Source: an uncultured Rhodospirillaceae bacterium
Lineage (GTDB): Bacteria; Pseudomonadota; Alphaproteobacteria; MPNO01; UBA2964
Reading direction: 5' to 3'
NCBI GenBank assembly: GCA_964499275.1
Contig: CAZCKO010000004.1
Span: forward strand, 13,418-77,417
Length of the DNA: 64,000 nucleotides
The notes beneath the pieces are model-generated. The model was not told where the DNA came from. It worked only from the letters and a program-made list of their open reading frames with translations, and did not search any database. This document shows, piece by piece, positions 49,632 through 59,265 of this stretch (positions within the stretch are counted from its first letter, which is position 1; every line of letters begins with the position of its first letter). A program made the translations under genes and the position numbers.

Positions 49632-50378
49632 ATGGAAATTGAAACATTTAATAGAGGCGGTTATCGCTATATTCGCGGGCCATTTCAATATTCGGGTGGT
49701 GTTGCAGCTGAGCCGGGGTTTTGTATTGAACGAGCTAGGTTCAAAAAGCCATTGCCGATTAACAAGGGCTTCGAACGGATAGAGGAGTATTTGACCGGGA
49801 TAGGGCGTCCTTTAATAGCACTCTGCGCATGCGAGTTGCGCTCGCCAGCTCCGTTTACTGAACAAGGGTTTGTAGATTTCAACAGAATTTATGTCGGTAC
49901 ACTTGAGCGCTGGGGAATCTTCATCAACGAGGAAAATCCGATCGCGCGTTCCAACGTTTGTCCGGAGAATAATCCGCCTTTGGAACCCTGTTTCGAGGCT
50001 TTCTCGTACACTGTCCCTGTATTAGAAAAAAATACCAGCTTCGTTATATCAGGCTCGGCGGAAGCGCCAGAGGGATTGGGGAGTTATGGTGACCGCATAA
50101 TACGGTTGGGTAACCAATCATCAGAAGCGATGCGTCAGAAAGCTAGGTATGTTCTTGGTGTCATGGAATCCCGTATGGCAGCACTTGGAAAAAAATGGAG
50201 CGATGCAACCGTAACGCAGAGTTATACGGTTTACGATTTGCATCCATTTTTAGCAGACGAAATAATTGCATGTGGAGCTGCTAGAAGTGGGCTCACCTGG
50301 TATTACGCTCGTCCACCTGTAGAGGGGTTAGATTTTGAGATGGATGTCAGAGGTGTTCCCACCGAAAGAGTAATTTGA
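49632..50378 (+). CDS. Hypothetical protein
   Basis: 248 aa, family not recognised. Good coding periodicity and no overlap. Confidence 0.4.
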   Translation: MEIETFNRGGYRYIRGPFQYSGGVAAEPGFCIERARFKKPLPINKGFERIEEYLTGIGRPLIALCACELRSPAPFTEQGFVDFNRIYVGTLERWGIFINEENPIARSNVCPENNPPLEPCFEAFSYTVPVLEKNTSFVISGSAEAPEGLGSYGDRIIRLGNQSSEAMRQKARYVLGVMESRMAALGKKWSDATVTQSYTVYDLHPFLADEIIACGAARSGLTWYYARPPVEGLDFEMDVRGVPTERVI

Positions 50379-50388
50379 CATCTTGATA

Positions 50389-51336
50389 TCAGGAATCTGA
50401 CGCTCCGTAATAAAGCATCACGGTATGTTTGGCTTCTGCAAAGAACAACCAACGCTCTATCATTGTTCCCACCATAACCAGAATTACCGCAAGTATGGCT
50501 CCGGGAATCTTAATCCATGGATCAGATTCAACAGTAATTAATGCAAGGCTCCAAGGAATAAGGAAATAGGTAAAGAAGGCCCACCGACGAAGTTTTTCCG
50601 CATGTTTTCGAGCAATATTAAACCCCATTTCCTGTTGTACATAATTTTCTTGAGTATTAGGGGCATCAAGTAATTTTACGGATCCAAGATCGCCAAGACC
50701 AGTTGCATGTTCTGGGGGTACCCAAGTGGGTGAAGTATCTAAAAACATCCAGTATTTTCGTTTGAGCCATAACGCTAGAATTCCCGTAATGACAACAATC
50801 ATACCAATTCCGGGTGTATGTAAATCAAATAGGTGTGCAAGAAGATTAAACCAAATACTTCCCGTCCATAGAGAGAATGCGAGATATACTCGAACCGTGT
50901 GACGATTAAACCATGCACGGACGGTTCGAAGCGTAGCATAAATCATTGACGTGGCGTATACCGTCAATACCGCGAAAAGTATTGTTAACACTGCCATAAG
51001 TCGCCAGGCGCCACCATGATCTTCGAAAATCACCCAGCCCATTGCAAAAAAACTAAAAGGAAAAAACCCCGAAACCGCTAAAATACCCTCGCGCGAGAGC
51101 CAAGAAGATCGCCACTGAGATAATGCCCGCCAGGCTCGTTCTGGATGCCCGAGATGGTATGTGGATGCAATGAGGCCACTAACTATCATGGAAAATGCGA
51201 AAAAAAATCCGGTAAAACCAAACCATCGAACGGGATCTATCCATTGTGCAGCGGCGAACAGACCCATCAAAAAAAGCAGACCGTATCCGGCGCCAGAAAA
51301 TGTTGTGAAAAATATTACGGAGTAAGCTGGGTGCAT
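50389..51336 (-). CDS. DmsC/NrfD-like membrane anchor subunit of a molybdoenzyme complex
   Basis: 315 aa, about 8 TM segments. Immediately downstream of the 4Fe-4S and Mo subunits. Confidence 0.6.
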   Translation of the reverse strand: MHPAYSVIFFTTFSGAGYGLLFLMGLFAAAQWIDPVRWFGFTGFFFAFSMIVSGLIASTYHLGHPERAWRALSQWRSSWLSREGILAVSGFFPFSFFAMGWVIFEDHGGAWRLMAVLTILFAVLTVYATSMIYATLRTVRAWFNRHTVRVYLAFSLWTGSIWFNLLAHLFDLHTPGIGMIVVITGILALWLKRKYWMFLDTSPTWVPPEHATGLGDLGSVKLLDAPNTQENYVQQEMGFNIARKHAEKLRRWAFFTYFLIPWSLALITVESDPWIKIPGAILAVILVMVGTMIERWLFFAEAKHTVMLYYGASDS

Positions 51337-51355
51337 GAAAGATTCTTAACCTTGA

Positions 51356-52111
51356 CTATCGTGTGAGTACTCGATCAATCCAGCGAAATAGACCGCCAGC
51401 TTCTTCACTCTCTTGATGCGCTACAATAGGCGTAAGTCGTTTTGGCTGTTCGCTCTGATAGGCAGCGCTTTTCGGTCGAGGGGGTAAATATTTATTTACT
51501 GGTTGGTAATGTAATTCCGGCATGAGATCGTAGCCTTGGCGTTCTTCAACAATCCGAGAGACATCAGAATTAGGATCGCCGAGATCACCGAAATGTCGCG
51601 CGTTTGCCGGGCAGGTTGAGACACATACCGGTAGTCGGTCGGTTTCTTCGAGGTTTTCGTTATAAATGCGATCTATGCATAGTGTGCATTTTTTCATTAC
51701 ACCAGAATCGCCGTCATATTCACGAGCGCCGTAGGGACAGGCCCAGCTGCACAGCTTGCAGCCAATACAAATATCTTCGTTAACGAGTACGATTCCATCT
51801 TCGGCTCGTTTATATGAAGCACCGGTCGGACAGACTTCTACGCAGGCAGGCTGTTCACAATGCAGGCATGACCGTGGAAAGTGCACGGTTCGGCCGTCAG
51901 CTCCTTGCCCGCACTCAAATGTATGGACGCGATTGAACCAAACACCCTCCGCATTCTGGCCAAATGGATCGTTGTCCGGAAGAGGGGCCGAATGCCCACT
52001 GGTATTCCATTCTTTGCAGTTTACAGCGCAGGCATGGCAGCCAACACAAATATCCAGGTCGATAACTAGACCTAGTTTCTTACCGGAAGTGTTTTGTGGA
52101 ATTTCGGTCAT
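51356..52111 (-). CDS. 4Fe-4S dicluster (DmsB-like) electron-transfer subunit
   Basis: Four Cys clusters (CVGCHACAVNC, CLHCEQPACVEVCP, CIGCKLCSWACP, CTLC...CVSTCP). 251 aa. Confidence 0.85.
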   Translation of the reverse strand: MTEIPQNTSGKKLGLVIDLDICVGCHACAVNCKEWNTSGHSAPLPDNDPFGQNAEGVWFNRVHTFECGQGADGRTVHFPRSCLHCEQPACVEVCPTGASYKRAEDGIVLVNEDICIGCKLCSWACPYGAREYDGDSGVMKKCTLCIDRIYNENLEETDRLPVCVSTCPANARHFGDLGDPNSDVSRIVEERQGYDLMPELHYQPVNKYLPPRPKSAAYQSEQPKRLTPIVAHQESEEAGGLFRWIDRVLTR

Positions 52112-55005
52112 TTTGGTTCTTCAAGCTTATGAGTGCGGGAATACATTCGTCCATATCGTAAAATTTTTGGTCTCTTCGGTAGGGCCTCGGGGGGGTGTAG
52201 AGTATCAAACTGAGGCTCACTCGTCTCATTTTCTTGGCCATCGGCCTTCTCAATGCGGACCCGTAAGTCGTACCACGCGGCTTGACCGGTTATGGGGTCG
52301 GAATTGGCATATCGGAACCCGTCTCCCTTTTCTGGTAGTAACTCGGAAATGACGTGATTGAGCAAAAATCCTTTTTTAGATTCTGGTGAGTCTGGATCTA
52401 AATTCCACGCTCCCGATTGCTTACCTATGGCGTTCCAAGTCCAGACTGTGAGTTCGTTTACGCCCTCCATAAGTCGAGCCTGTGTTTTAACCCTGCTGTG
52501 ATGACTTATTACCCAAACCCAGTCTCCATCTTCGATGTCAAAAGATTCTGCTGTTTTACGATTGATATAAAGTGGGTTTTTTCCATGAATTTGACGCAGC
52601 CAAGCATTTTGGGATCCCCAGCTTTGATACATAGCCATGGGCCGCTGGGTTAAAGCATGCATTGGATACAACTCGGTATTAATGGCTTCCCCCTCGAGTG
52701 GCGGATACCAAATTGGCATTGGATCAAAATATTTTTCAATTCGTTCTCGATACTTATCTGGTGGTTGTATTTGCCCATGACCTTGGGCTGCCAGTCTGAA
52801 TTTCTGCATTGGTTCTGAGTATACTTGTAGGATTATTTGATTAGATGCTCCTATAAAACCCACCGAGGCGGCATATTCTAGATAGTCACGATTGGCATGT
52901 TTAAAGTAGTGTTGTTCGGGTGGCAGCTTGTATTCCCAAAAGCAACCATTCTCTATATATTTATCCAGCTGATTCTTATTAGGGGCTCCTGTGCCGTGAT
53001 TTTTTCCGTCTTCACCGCGCCAGCCAGCAAGAGACCCAATGCCTGGGGCCCTTTCATGATTAACTATGTAATCCGGATATCCTCCTGGATATTTGGGGCT
53101 TCCGTCTTCATTTGTGAGTCCAGGTAATTTAATTCGGGCACCGAGGTCAATCAAAACACTTTGAAAAGGTCGGACATCTCGATCAGGCTCCACAACCGGT
53201 TGGCGAATGGAATCAGCAGCAGCTTCAGCGCTGCAGATCGGTCTATCTAAAAGTGATATACAATCCCAGCGTTCGAGATATGTTGTGTCGGGTAATACCA
53301 AATCAGCATAGGCTACCATTTCTGAAAAATAGGTATCTGAATACAAAATTTTTGGTATTTTGTAATCGCCGGTTTCTTCATCCCTGGCCGTGAGCATTTC
53401 TTTCGTTCCTGCTGTATTCATCGAGGAATTCCAGCTCATATTGGCCATATACATGAACAAAAGATCGATTGGGTATGGGTCCTGATTGTGGGCATTGGTA
53501 ATAACCATATGCATCATGCCATGTGCCGCAATTGGCGCTTCCCATGAAAATGCATGGTCAATTCGTCTTGGTGTTCCATCCTCGTTGACCAATAAATCCT
53601 CCGGGCCAGCTGGAAATCCCAGGGGTGGTCCTGCCATAGGGGCACCCGGTACAATCTGATCGTCTTTACCGGTCGGTTTTAAAGGTGGAGGTGCTGCCTT
53701 TGGGAAAGGCGGCTTATAACGGAAGCCCCCAGGACAATCGATGCTACCCAAAAGAATTTGAAGCAGGTGAAGTGCGCGGCAGGTGTGAAAACCATTTGAA
53801 TGGGCGGAAATTCCTCGCATTGCATGCATAGAAACTGGCCGTCCGATCATTTTATCATGTCGACGGCCGGCCCAATCTGTCCACGGTTGTTCAATATTTA
53901 TCTCTTGTTCGAAAGCCGTCTCTGTAATTTCAGAGGCAATTCGGCGAATTGTTGAAGCTGATACCCCGGTTTCTTGTTCTGCGGCCTCTGGAGAGTATTG
54001 TTGGTTAAGATACCTTGTCGCCATTAAAGCGAAAGCTGGAACCGCTTCTCGGCTATCATCTAGACGAAATGAACCTGTTAAAGCGGGCGTGACACCAGCA
54101 AGGCGCGCGTCGGCAGCTTGATTTGTGCCGGTATCCCAACAAACCGGCTCGCCGTCGATACCTCGTGCGAACAAGCCGTCATCAGCGCCTCCGGGGTTTT
54201 GTATAACAAGCCAAGGTAAATTTGTGTACCGGACTATATAATCAAGATCAATTTTATCCGCTTTTAGGAGTTCGTGGACTAATGCCAGAATGAATTTACC
54301 GTCCGTACCTGGGCGAATACCTATCCATTCGTCTGCAATTGCCGAGTATCCAGTTCGGATCGGGTTTAATGAAACAAACTTGGCACCATTTTTCTTGAGT
54401 TTGGATAGGCCCGCTTTGATTGGATTGCTATCGTGATCTTCGGCCACTCCAAACATTAGCATGTATTTTGTTAATTCCCAGTCAGGTTCGCCAAATTCCC
54501 AAAATGAACCTCCGATGGTGTAAATTCCCCCCGCAGCCATATTAACCGAACAAAGACCACCGTGAGCAGCATGATTTGGTGTTCCAAATTGACTTGCCCA
54601 CCAACCAGTCAATGCTTGGCTTTGATCTCGCCCAGTAAAAAAAGCAAGTTTGCGAGGGTCTGATTTTCGAATATCGTTAAGCCATTTACTGGCGAGTTCT
54701 AAAGCTTCATCCCATTCGACCTCCTTAAACTCGGCTTTTCCACGTTCACCAACCCTTTTTAAGGGTTTTGTAAGGCGAGCTGGAGAATAATGGTTCATAA
54801 TTCCTGCAGAACCTTTGGCACACAACACCCCTTTGTTTACGGGGTGATCGCTATTACCCTCAATATAACGAATGCCGCCATCTTTCATGTGCACTTTGAT
54901 GCCACATCGGCAGTCGCACATGTAGCAGGTGGTATATTTTATTTCGTCGGAGACCGTAGGAGAGGTGTTGATCTCTTCAATCGGTTCAAAGTACCCACGT
55001 GTCAT
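52108..55005 (-). CDS. Molybdopterin (bis-MGD) oxidoreductase catalytic subunit, DMSO-reductase family, no Tat signal
   Basis: N-terminal [4Fe-4S] motif CYMCDCRCG...C. 965 aa molybdopterin oxidoreductase fold. 4-bp overlap with the FeS subunit. The N-terminus MTRGYFEPIEEINTSPT lacks a twin-arginine signal. Confidence 0.8.
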   Translation of the reverse strand: MTRGYFEPIEEINTSPTVSDEIKYTTCYMCDCRCGIKVHMKDGGIRYIEGNSDHPVNKGVLCAKGSAGIMNHYSPARLTKPLKRVGERGKAEFKEVEWDEALELASKWLNDIRKSDPRKLAFFTGRDQSQALTGWWASQFGTPNHAAHGGLCSVNMAAGGIYTIGGSFWEFGEPDWELTKYMLMFGVAEDHDSNPIKAGLSKLKKNGAKFVSLNPIRTGYSAIADEWIGIRPGTDGKFILALVHELLKADKIDLDYIVRYTNLPWLVIQNPGGADDGLFARGIDGEPVCWDTGTNQAADARLAGVTPALTGSFRLDDSREAVPAFALMATRYLNQQYSPEAAEQETGVSASTIRRIASEITETAFEQEINIEQPWTDWAGRRHDKMIGRPVSMHAMRGISAHSNGFHTCRALHLLQILLGSIDCPGGFRYKPPFPKAAPPPLKPTGKDDQIVPGAPMAGPPLGFPAGPEDLLVNEDGTPRRIDHAFSWEAPIAAHGMMHMVITNAHNQDPYPIDLLFMYMANMSWNSSMNTAGTKEMLTARDEETGDYKIPKILYSDTYFSEMVAYADLVLPDTTYLERWDCISLLDRPICSAEAAADSIRQPVVEPDRDVRPFQSVLIDLGARIKLPGLTNEDGSPKYPGGYPDYIVNHERAPGIGSLAGWRGEDGKNHGTGAPNKNQLDKYIENGCFWEYKLPPEQHYFKHANRDYLEYAASVGFIGASNQIILQVYSEPMQKFRLAAQGHGQIQPPDKYRERIEKYFDPMPIWYPPLEGEAINTELYPMHALTQRPMAMYQSWGSQNAWLRQIHGKNPLYINRKTAESFDIEDGDWVWVISHHSRVKTQARLMEGVNELTVWTWNAIGKQSGAWNLDPDSPESKKGFLLNHVISELLPEKGDGFRYANSDPITGQAAWYDLRVRIEKADGQENETSEPQFDTLHPPEALPKRPKILRYGRMYSRTHKLEEPK

Positions 55006-55155
55006 AAGGTAAACCTTTTTTGCTGGCTGGTTTGTTAAAAGAGAATAATGCTGTCGTCAAACCTTTGAGAATAGTTATTTCCAAACTATCATTCTTTTGC
55101 ATTATACCAACTCGAAAGTTGAGATTACTCTATTAGTAGGATTAAAATTTGATAT

Positions 55156-56019
55156 ATGAATTTTGCAGTAAAAACCTTTTTCGATAGTGAAACTAACAAC
55201 GCAACATATGTGGTGTGGGATAACCAATTTAAGAATTGTATAATTATCGACTCTCTCCTTAATTTTGATGTAGCTGCTGGAAAAATCTTTACTGAGGCAG
55301 CTGATAATCTGATCTCTTTCATCACGGAAAATGGATTAAAGGCCCGGTGGATTTTGGAAACCCATATTCATGCGGACCATTTAAGTGCCGCTTCGTATTT
55401 GAAACAAAAGCTGGGAGGCAGGACTGGGATTAGCGCAGGGGTTTGTGAAGTACAAAGATATTTTAAAACGCTCTATGGATTGGGGGATGAGTTTTCATGT
55501 GATGGGTCACAATTTGATCACCTTTTTACCGATGGTGAAAAGTTCTCCGTTGGGACTCTTGAGGTAAAGGTAATTCATACGCCGGGTCACACCCCTTCGT
55601 GTGCAACTTATATAATTGATGAGAACGCCTTTACTGGTGATACATTCTTTATGCCAGATTCAGGCACTGCGCGGTGCGACTTCCCAGGGGGTAGTTCAAA
55701 GGAACTTTATAAATCACTTCGAAAGATTTTGGCTCTCCCACCTGAAACACGCCAATTTATCAACCATGATTATGGTTGCGGCGGTTCACGAGCCTTTTGC
55801 TGCGAAACATCGGTTGCCGAACAGTGCCACTCTAATGTTCACATGAATGGAAAGACAACTGAAGATCAGTTTATTTCGATGCGAAGGGAGCGTGATGCTA
55901 CACTGGCGGTTCCACGCCTAATATTACCCGCGATCCAAGTAAATATAAGGGCGGGCAACCTGCCAATGGCGGACCAAAATGGAAAATTTTACCTAAAAAT
56001 TCCGATCAATTCGTTCTAG
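55156..56019 (+). CDS. MBL-fold metallo-hydrolase
   Basis: HxHxDH motif (ETHIHADHLSAA). 287 aa. Confidence 0.75.
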   Translation: MNFAVKTFFDSETNNATYVVWDNQFKNCIIIDSLLNFDVAAGKIFTEAADNLISFITENGLKARWILETHIHADHLSAASYLKQKLGGRTGISAGVCEVQRYFKTLYGLGDEFSCDGSQFDHLFTDGEKFSVGTLEVKVIHTPGHTPSCATYIIDENAFTGDTFFMPDSGTARCDFPGGSSKELYKSLRKILALPPETRQFINHDYGCGGSRAFCCETSVAEQCHSNVHMNGKTTEDQFISMRRERDATLAVPRLILPAIQVNIRAGNLPMADQNGKFYLKIPINSF

Positions 56020-56025
56020 AAAACT

Positions 56026-59000
56026 CTATAAATTCGCGGTCAAAGGTCTTTCATTTTCATTAGCCATAGTTCCCTGCTGACGTCTCAAAAGTGGTGTTAC
56101 AAAAGATAGTAGCGGGGGGATGATCAGTAGGGTCAGGACTGCAGAAAGTGCGAGGCCACCTAAAACTACTGAACCGAGACCACGATAAAGTTCCGACCCA
56201 GCACCTGGTATGACGACCAGCGGCATCATCCCAAATACACTTGTTAAGGTTGACATAAAAATAGGCCGAATCCTGTTCCGTGTTGCTTCAGCAATGGCGT
56301 CATATGCGTCCATTGATTCTACCCTTACATGATGAAGCGTCTGGTGAACTAAAAGGATGGCGTTATTGACAACGGTACCTACTAAAATCACGAAGCCTAG
56401 AAGTGTCAACATATCGAGGGCTTGGAACGTGTATATATTAAGTATTGAAAGACCTGCAACGCCACCGGCTGTAGCAAGTGGTACGGAAAACATGATCAAC
56501 AGTGGAAAGACAAAACTTTCAAACAAGATTGCCATTACTAAATAAACAATTGCCACCGCAATTAACAAGTTCCACAACATTGCATTCCAGGTCTTATTAA
56601 GCTCATCAGCGGTTCCAGACATTGTGAGCCTGACACCAGGCGGAAGTCCCTTTTTTACCATCGGATTGATGACGTTTTGTTGCACTTTTTGTATTGCTGT
56701 TTCTAAAGCTATGTTTTCCGGCGGTCTTATCTGTAAGGTTACGGTCCTTATTCTTTCCAAGTGTCGAATCTGGGTAGGACCTTCTGTCACATCTAGCTTT
56801 GCTAGTGAAGACGCTGAAAGAATTTGGCCGGTTCTTGTGACCACAGGTAAATTTCCAACACCTTGGGTTGACGTAATCTTATCCGTTAATCCCCTCAGTG
56901 TAAGATCGATGCGTTTACTACCTTTCGTAATTTCGGTTACACGTAAACCATCATTAAAAACATCTACAGATAAGCCGAGATCCCTGGCCGTAAGTCCAAC
57001 ATCGGCTAATCGTAAAAGGTCAGGAATGAGCCGGACCTCTGGTGCGCCGAGTTCGAGGCCCGGCTTTGGCCTTATTCTCGCAGAGGGTAATGCACGCCGT
57101 AAAGTTTGAACTCCTTCACGGGCTAATGCCAATAAGGTCTCTAGATCTGGCCCTGTGATATCCAAATCAATTATTTCTGACCCCCCAAAACCCCGGCCAA
57201 ATAGAGCTCTTTGCTTAGCGAATCCGAATGTACCGGGTTCACTAAAAACTGCACGACGCATGATAGGGATTAGCTCTTTGGCTCTTGTGGGGTCAGTAGC
57301 AGAGGCACCCATAAAAGTTGATGTTGACCGAGTTACAAACCAAAATCTTTCCATACGGACGTCACCCAGATCACATTTCTTAATTTTCGGTGGGAAAATT
57401 TCTAATCGTTTGTACCAAGCAGTGCATTTCTTGGGCTTTTCGCCGGGTTTCGCCCAATATCGACGTGTCATGTTCTCGGTCTTCGTTGCCATATCATTAA
57501 GCGTTTTCAAGTTATAACCGGGCGGTGGGTTAGCAATAGCCAGTATGAAATTTTGATTACCACTCGGGAGGTAGCTTAATTTAGGTAAAAATGCCCAAGT
57601 GCCTAATCCAGCAAGTCCGCACACGCAAATAATAACAATAGCTGCAAGCGCTCTGTTCTGGATAACTCTTCGGGTAAACCCGGCAATCAAAGCGGCAAAA
57701 CCACTTGCAAATCCATCAAGAATGGGAATGCGCCTGTTTTTAGCTAAGTTTTGGGTGTTATCCCCTAATAGTTTGTTGGCGAGGGCCGGTACGACTGTGA
57801 TAGAAACAATAAGGGATAAAAGAACTGCTACCGATAGAGCAACAGCAATATCACGAAAAAGCTGTCCAACAATTAAATTCATCACCAAAATGGGTGCAAA
57901 AACTACAACAGTCGTAATAGCTGAAGCCATAATAGCACCCCAAACCTCGCCAGCGCCCCGGACAGCTCCCTCTAATTTGGATTGTCCCATTTCCCGGTGT
58001 CTGTAAATATTTTCAAGTACCACGATCGCTGCATCCACAACCATCCCGACCGCAAAAGCAATACCTGCAAGTGAAATAACATTTATCGAACGGCCTAATG
58101 CGGCGAGTGCTACAAAAGATCCTATTACTGAAACAGGTATCGCCAATGTTACTACGGCAGTGGCTCCAAAGGAGCGTAAAAATAGAAAAAGAATTATGGC
58201 CGCAAGCGACCCACCCAACCATATATTCTGTGTGACAAGGTTAATGGCGTATTTGATGTAAACGGTATCATCACGGACTTGATTCATGATTAATCCGGCC
58301 CCAGGCATTACGTCACGATTAAGATCTTCTACGACCTTTCGTATCCCCTTCATGGTTTCAATGACGTTGGCGCCTGTATCCCGAATTGTGTTTACGACAA
58401 TAGCATTTTTCCCGCGGTTTCTGATGCGGGCACTTCTTTTCTTGTGGCCAAACTCGACATGAGCAACATCCCCGACCCGAACACGCAATACCCTACCGCT
58501 AACGGGGTCCTTTTGTGCCCGGAGGACTACTTCGCGAACCCTTTGTACGGTATTAAGTTCGCTCTGCGTTCGTACCGTATACTGTCGCTTGCCTTCATCG
58601 ACCTCGCCAGCTGACAGATTAATGTTTGTGCCCCGCAAAGCGTTATTTAACTCTGCAATTGTTAATCGGTAATGTGCGAGTCGTTGTGGGTCTACGATGA
58701 CCCGAATTTCAGATTCGTTCCCGCCATAGACATTTACAAGGGCAACACCGTCAATCCGTTCAAGACGATCACGTACAATGTCGTCCACAAAGTCCCCATA
58801 GGATCTGATAGGACGACTGTTGCTTGGCAAAGTTTCAACAGTAAACCAAGCTATTGGATTGTCATCTGTATCCCGCGTTCGTAGAATTGGCTCATCCGCC
58901 TCCTCCGGCAGACCGGTGACTTGTTGCAGTCGATTGTTGACCAGCAGGATAGATCGATTGCGATCGGTATTAACATTGAATTCCAGAATTATTTGTGAAC

Positions 59001-59262
59001 GGCCACGGCGTGAGCGTGATTCCATCCTTTCCAGCCCCTCGAGGCCTTTTAGACGCTCTTCTTGTGGAATGGTGACCTCTCTCTCCACCTCTGCAGGCGA
59101 AGCTCCAGGCCATTTTGTTTGAACAATGAGGAGTGGTTTACGGACATCGGGGGTCAGTTGTATCGGGATGACCTTTAGGGCAATTATGCCCATGAGTACG
59201 ACCATTAAAACAACTGAGAGGACTGCGACTGGCCTTTTAACAGCACGTTCAATTAGATTCAT
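56026..59262 (-). CDS. RND efflux transporter permease (AcrB/HAE family)
   Basis: 1078 aa with 12 TM segments, two large periplasmic loops and AcrB-like conserved segments. Confidence 0.9.
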   Translation of the reverse strand: MNLIERAVKRPVAVLSVVLMVVLMGIIALKVIPIQLTPDVRKPLLIVQTKWPGASPAEVEREVTIPQEERLKGLEGLERMESRSRRGRSQIILEFNVNTDRNRSILLVNNRLQQVTGLPEEADEPILRTRDTDDNPIAWFTVETLPSNSRPIRSYGDFVDDIVRDRLERIDGVALVNVYGGNESEIRVIVDPQRLAHYRLTIAELNNALRGTNINLSAGEVDEGKRQYTVRTQSELNTVQRVREVVLRAQKDPVSGRVLRVRVGDVAHVEFGHKKRSARIRNRGKNAIVVNTIRDTGANVIETMKGIRKVVEDLNRDVMPGAGLIMNQVRDDTVYIKYAINLVTQNIWLGGSLAAIILFLFLRSFGATAVVTLAIPVSVIGSFVALAALGRSINVISLAGIAFAVGMVVDAAIVVLENIYRHREMGQSKLEGAVRGAGEVWGAIMASAITTVVVFAPILVMNLIVGQLFRDIAVALSVAVLLSLIVSITVVPALANKLLGDNTQNLAKNRRIPILDGFASGFAALIAGFTRRVIQNRALAAIVIICVCGLAGLGTWAFLPKLSYLPSGNQNFILAIANPPPGYNLKTLNDMATKTENMTRRYWAKPGEKPKKCTAWYKRLEIFPPKIKKCDLGDVRMERFWFVTRSTSTFMGASATDPTRAKELIPIMRRAVFSEPGTFGFAKQRALFGRGFGGSEIIDLDITGPDLETLLALAREGVQTLRRALPSARIRPKPGLELGAPEVRLIPDLLRLADVGLTARDLGLSVDVFNDGLRVTEITKGSKRIDLTLRGLTDKITSTQGVGNLPVVTRTGQILSASSLAKLDVTEGPTQIRHLERIRTVTLQIRPPENIALETAIQKVQQNVINPMVKKGLPPGVRLTMSGTADELNKTWNAMLWNLLIAVAIVYLVMAILFESFVFPLLIMFSVPLATAGGVAGLSILNIYTFQALDMLTLLGFVILVGTVVNNAILLVHQTLHHVRVESMDAYDAIAEATRNRIRPIFMSTLTSVFGMMPLVVIPGAGSELYRGLGSVVLGGLALSAVLTLLIIPPLLSFVTPLLRRQQGTMANENERPLTANL

Positions 59263-59265
59263 ATT

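Noticed and set aside
51756-52352. 198-aa + strand ORF spanning the Mo-enzyme FeS/catalytic subunit junction
   Set aside because: Antisense to two strongly supported CDS with a 4-bp coupling overlap; shadow ORF.
55066-55094. Imperfect inverted repeat GAGAATAGTT-N8-AACTATCATTC in the divergent promoter region between the Mo-enzyme operon and the MBL hydrolase gene
   Set aside because: Only about 7 of 10 positions pair. This is too weak to call an operator without comparative data.
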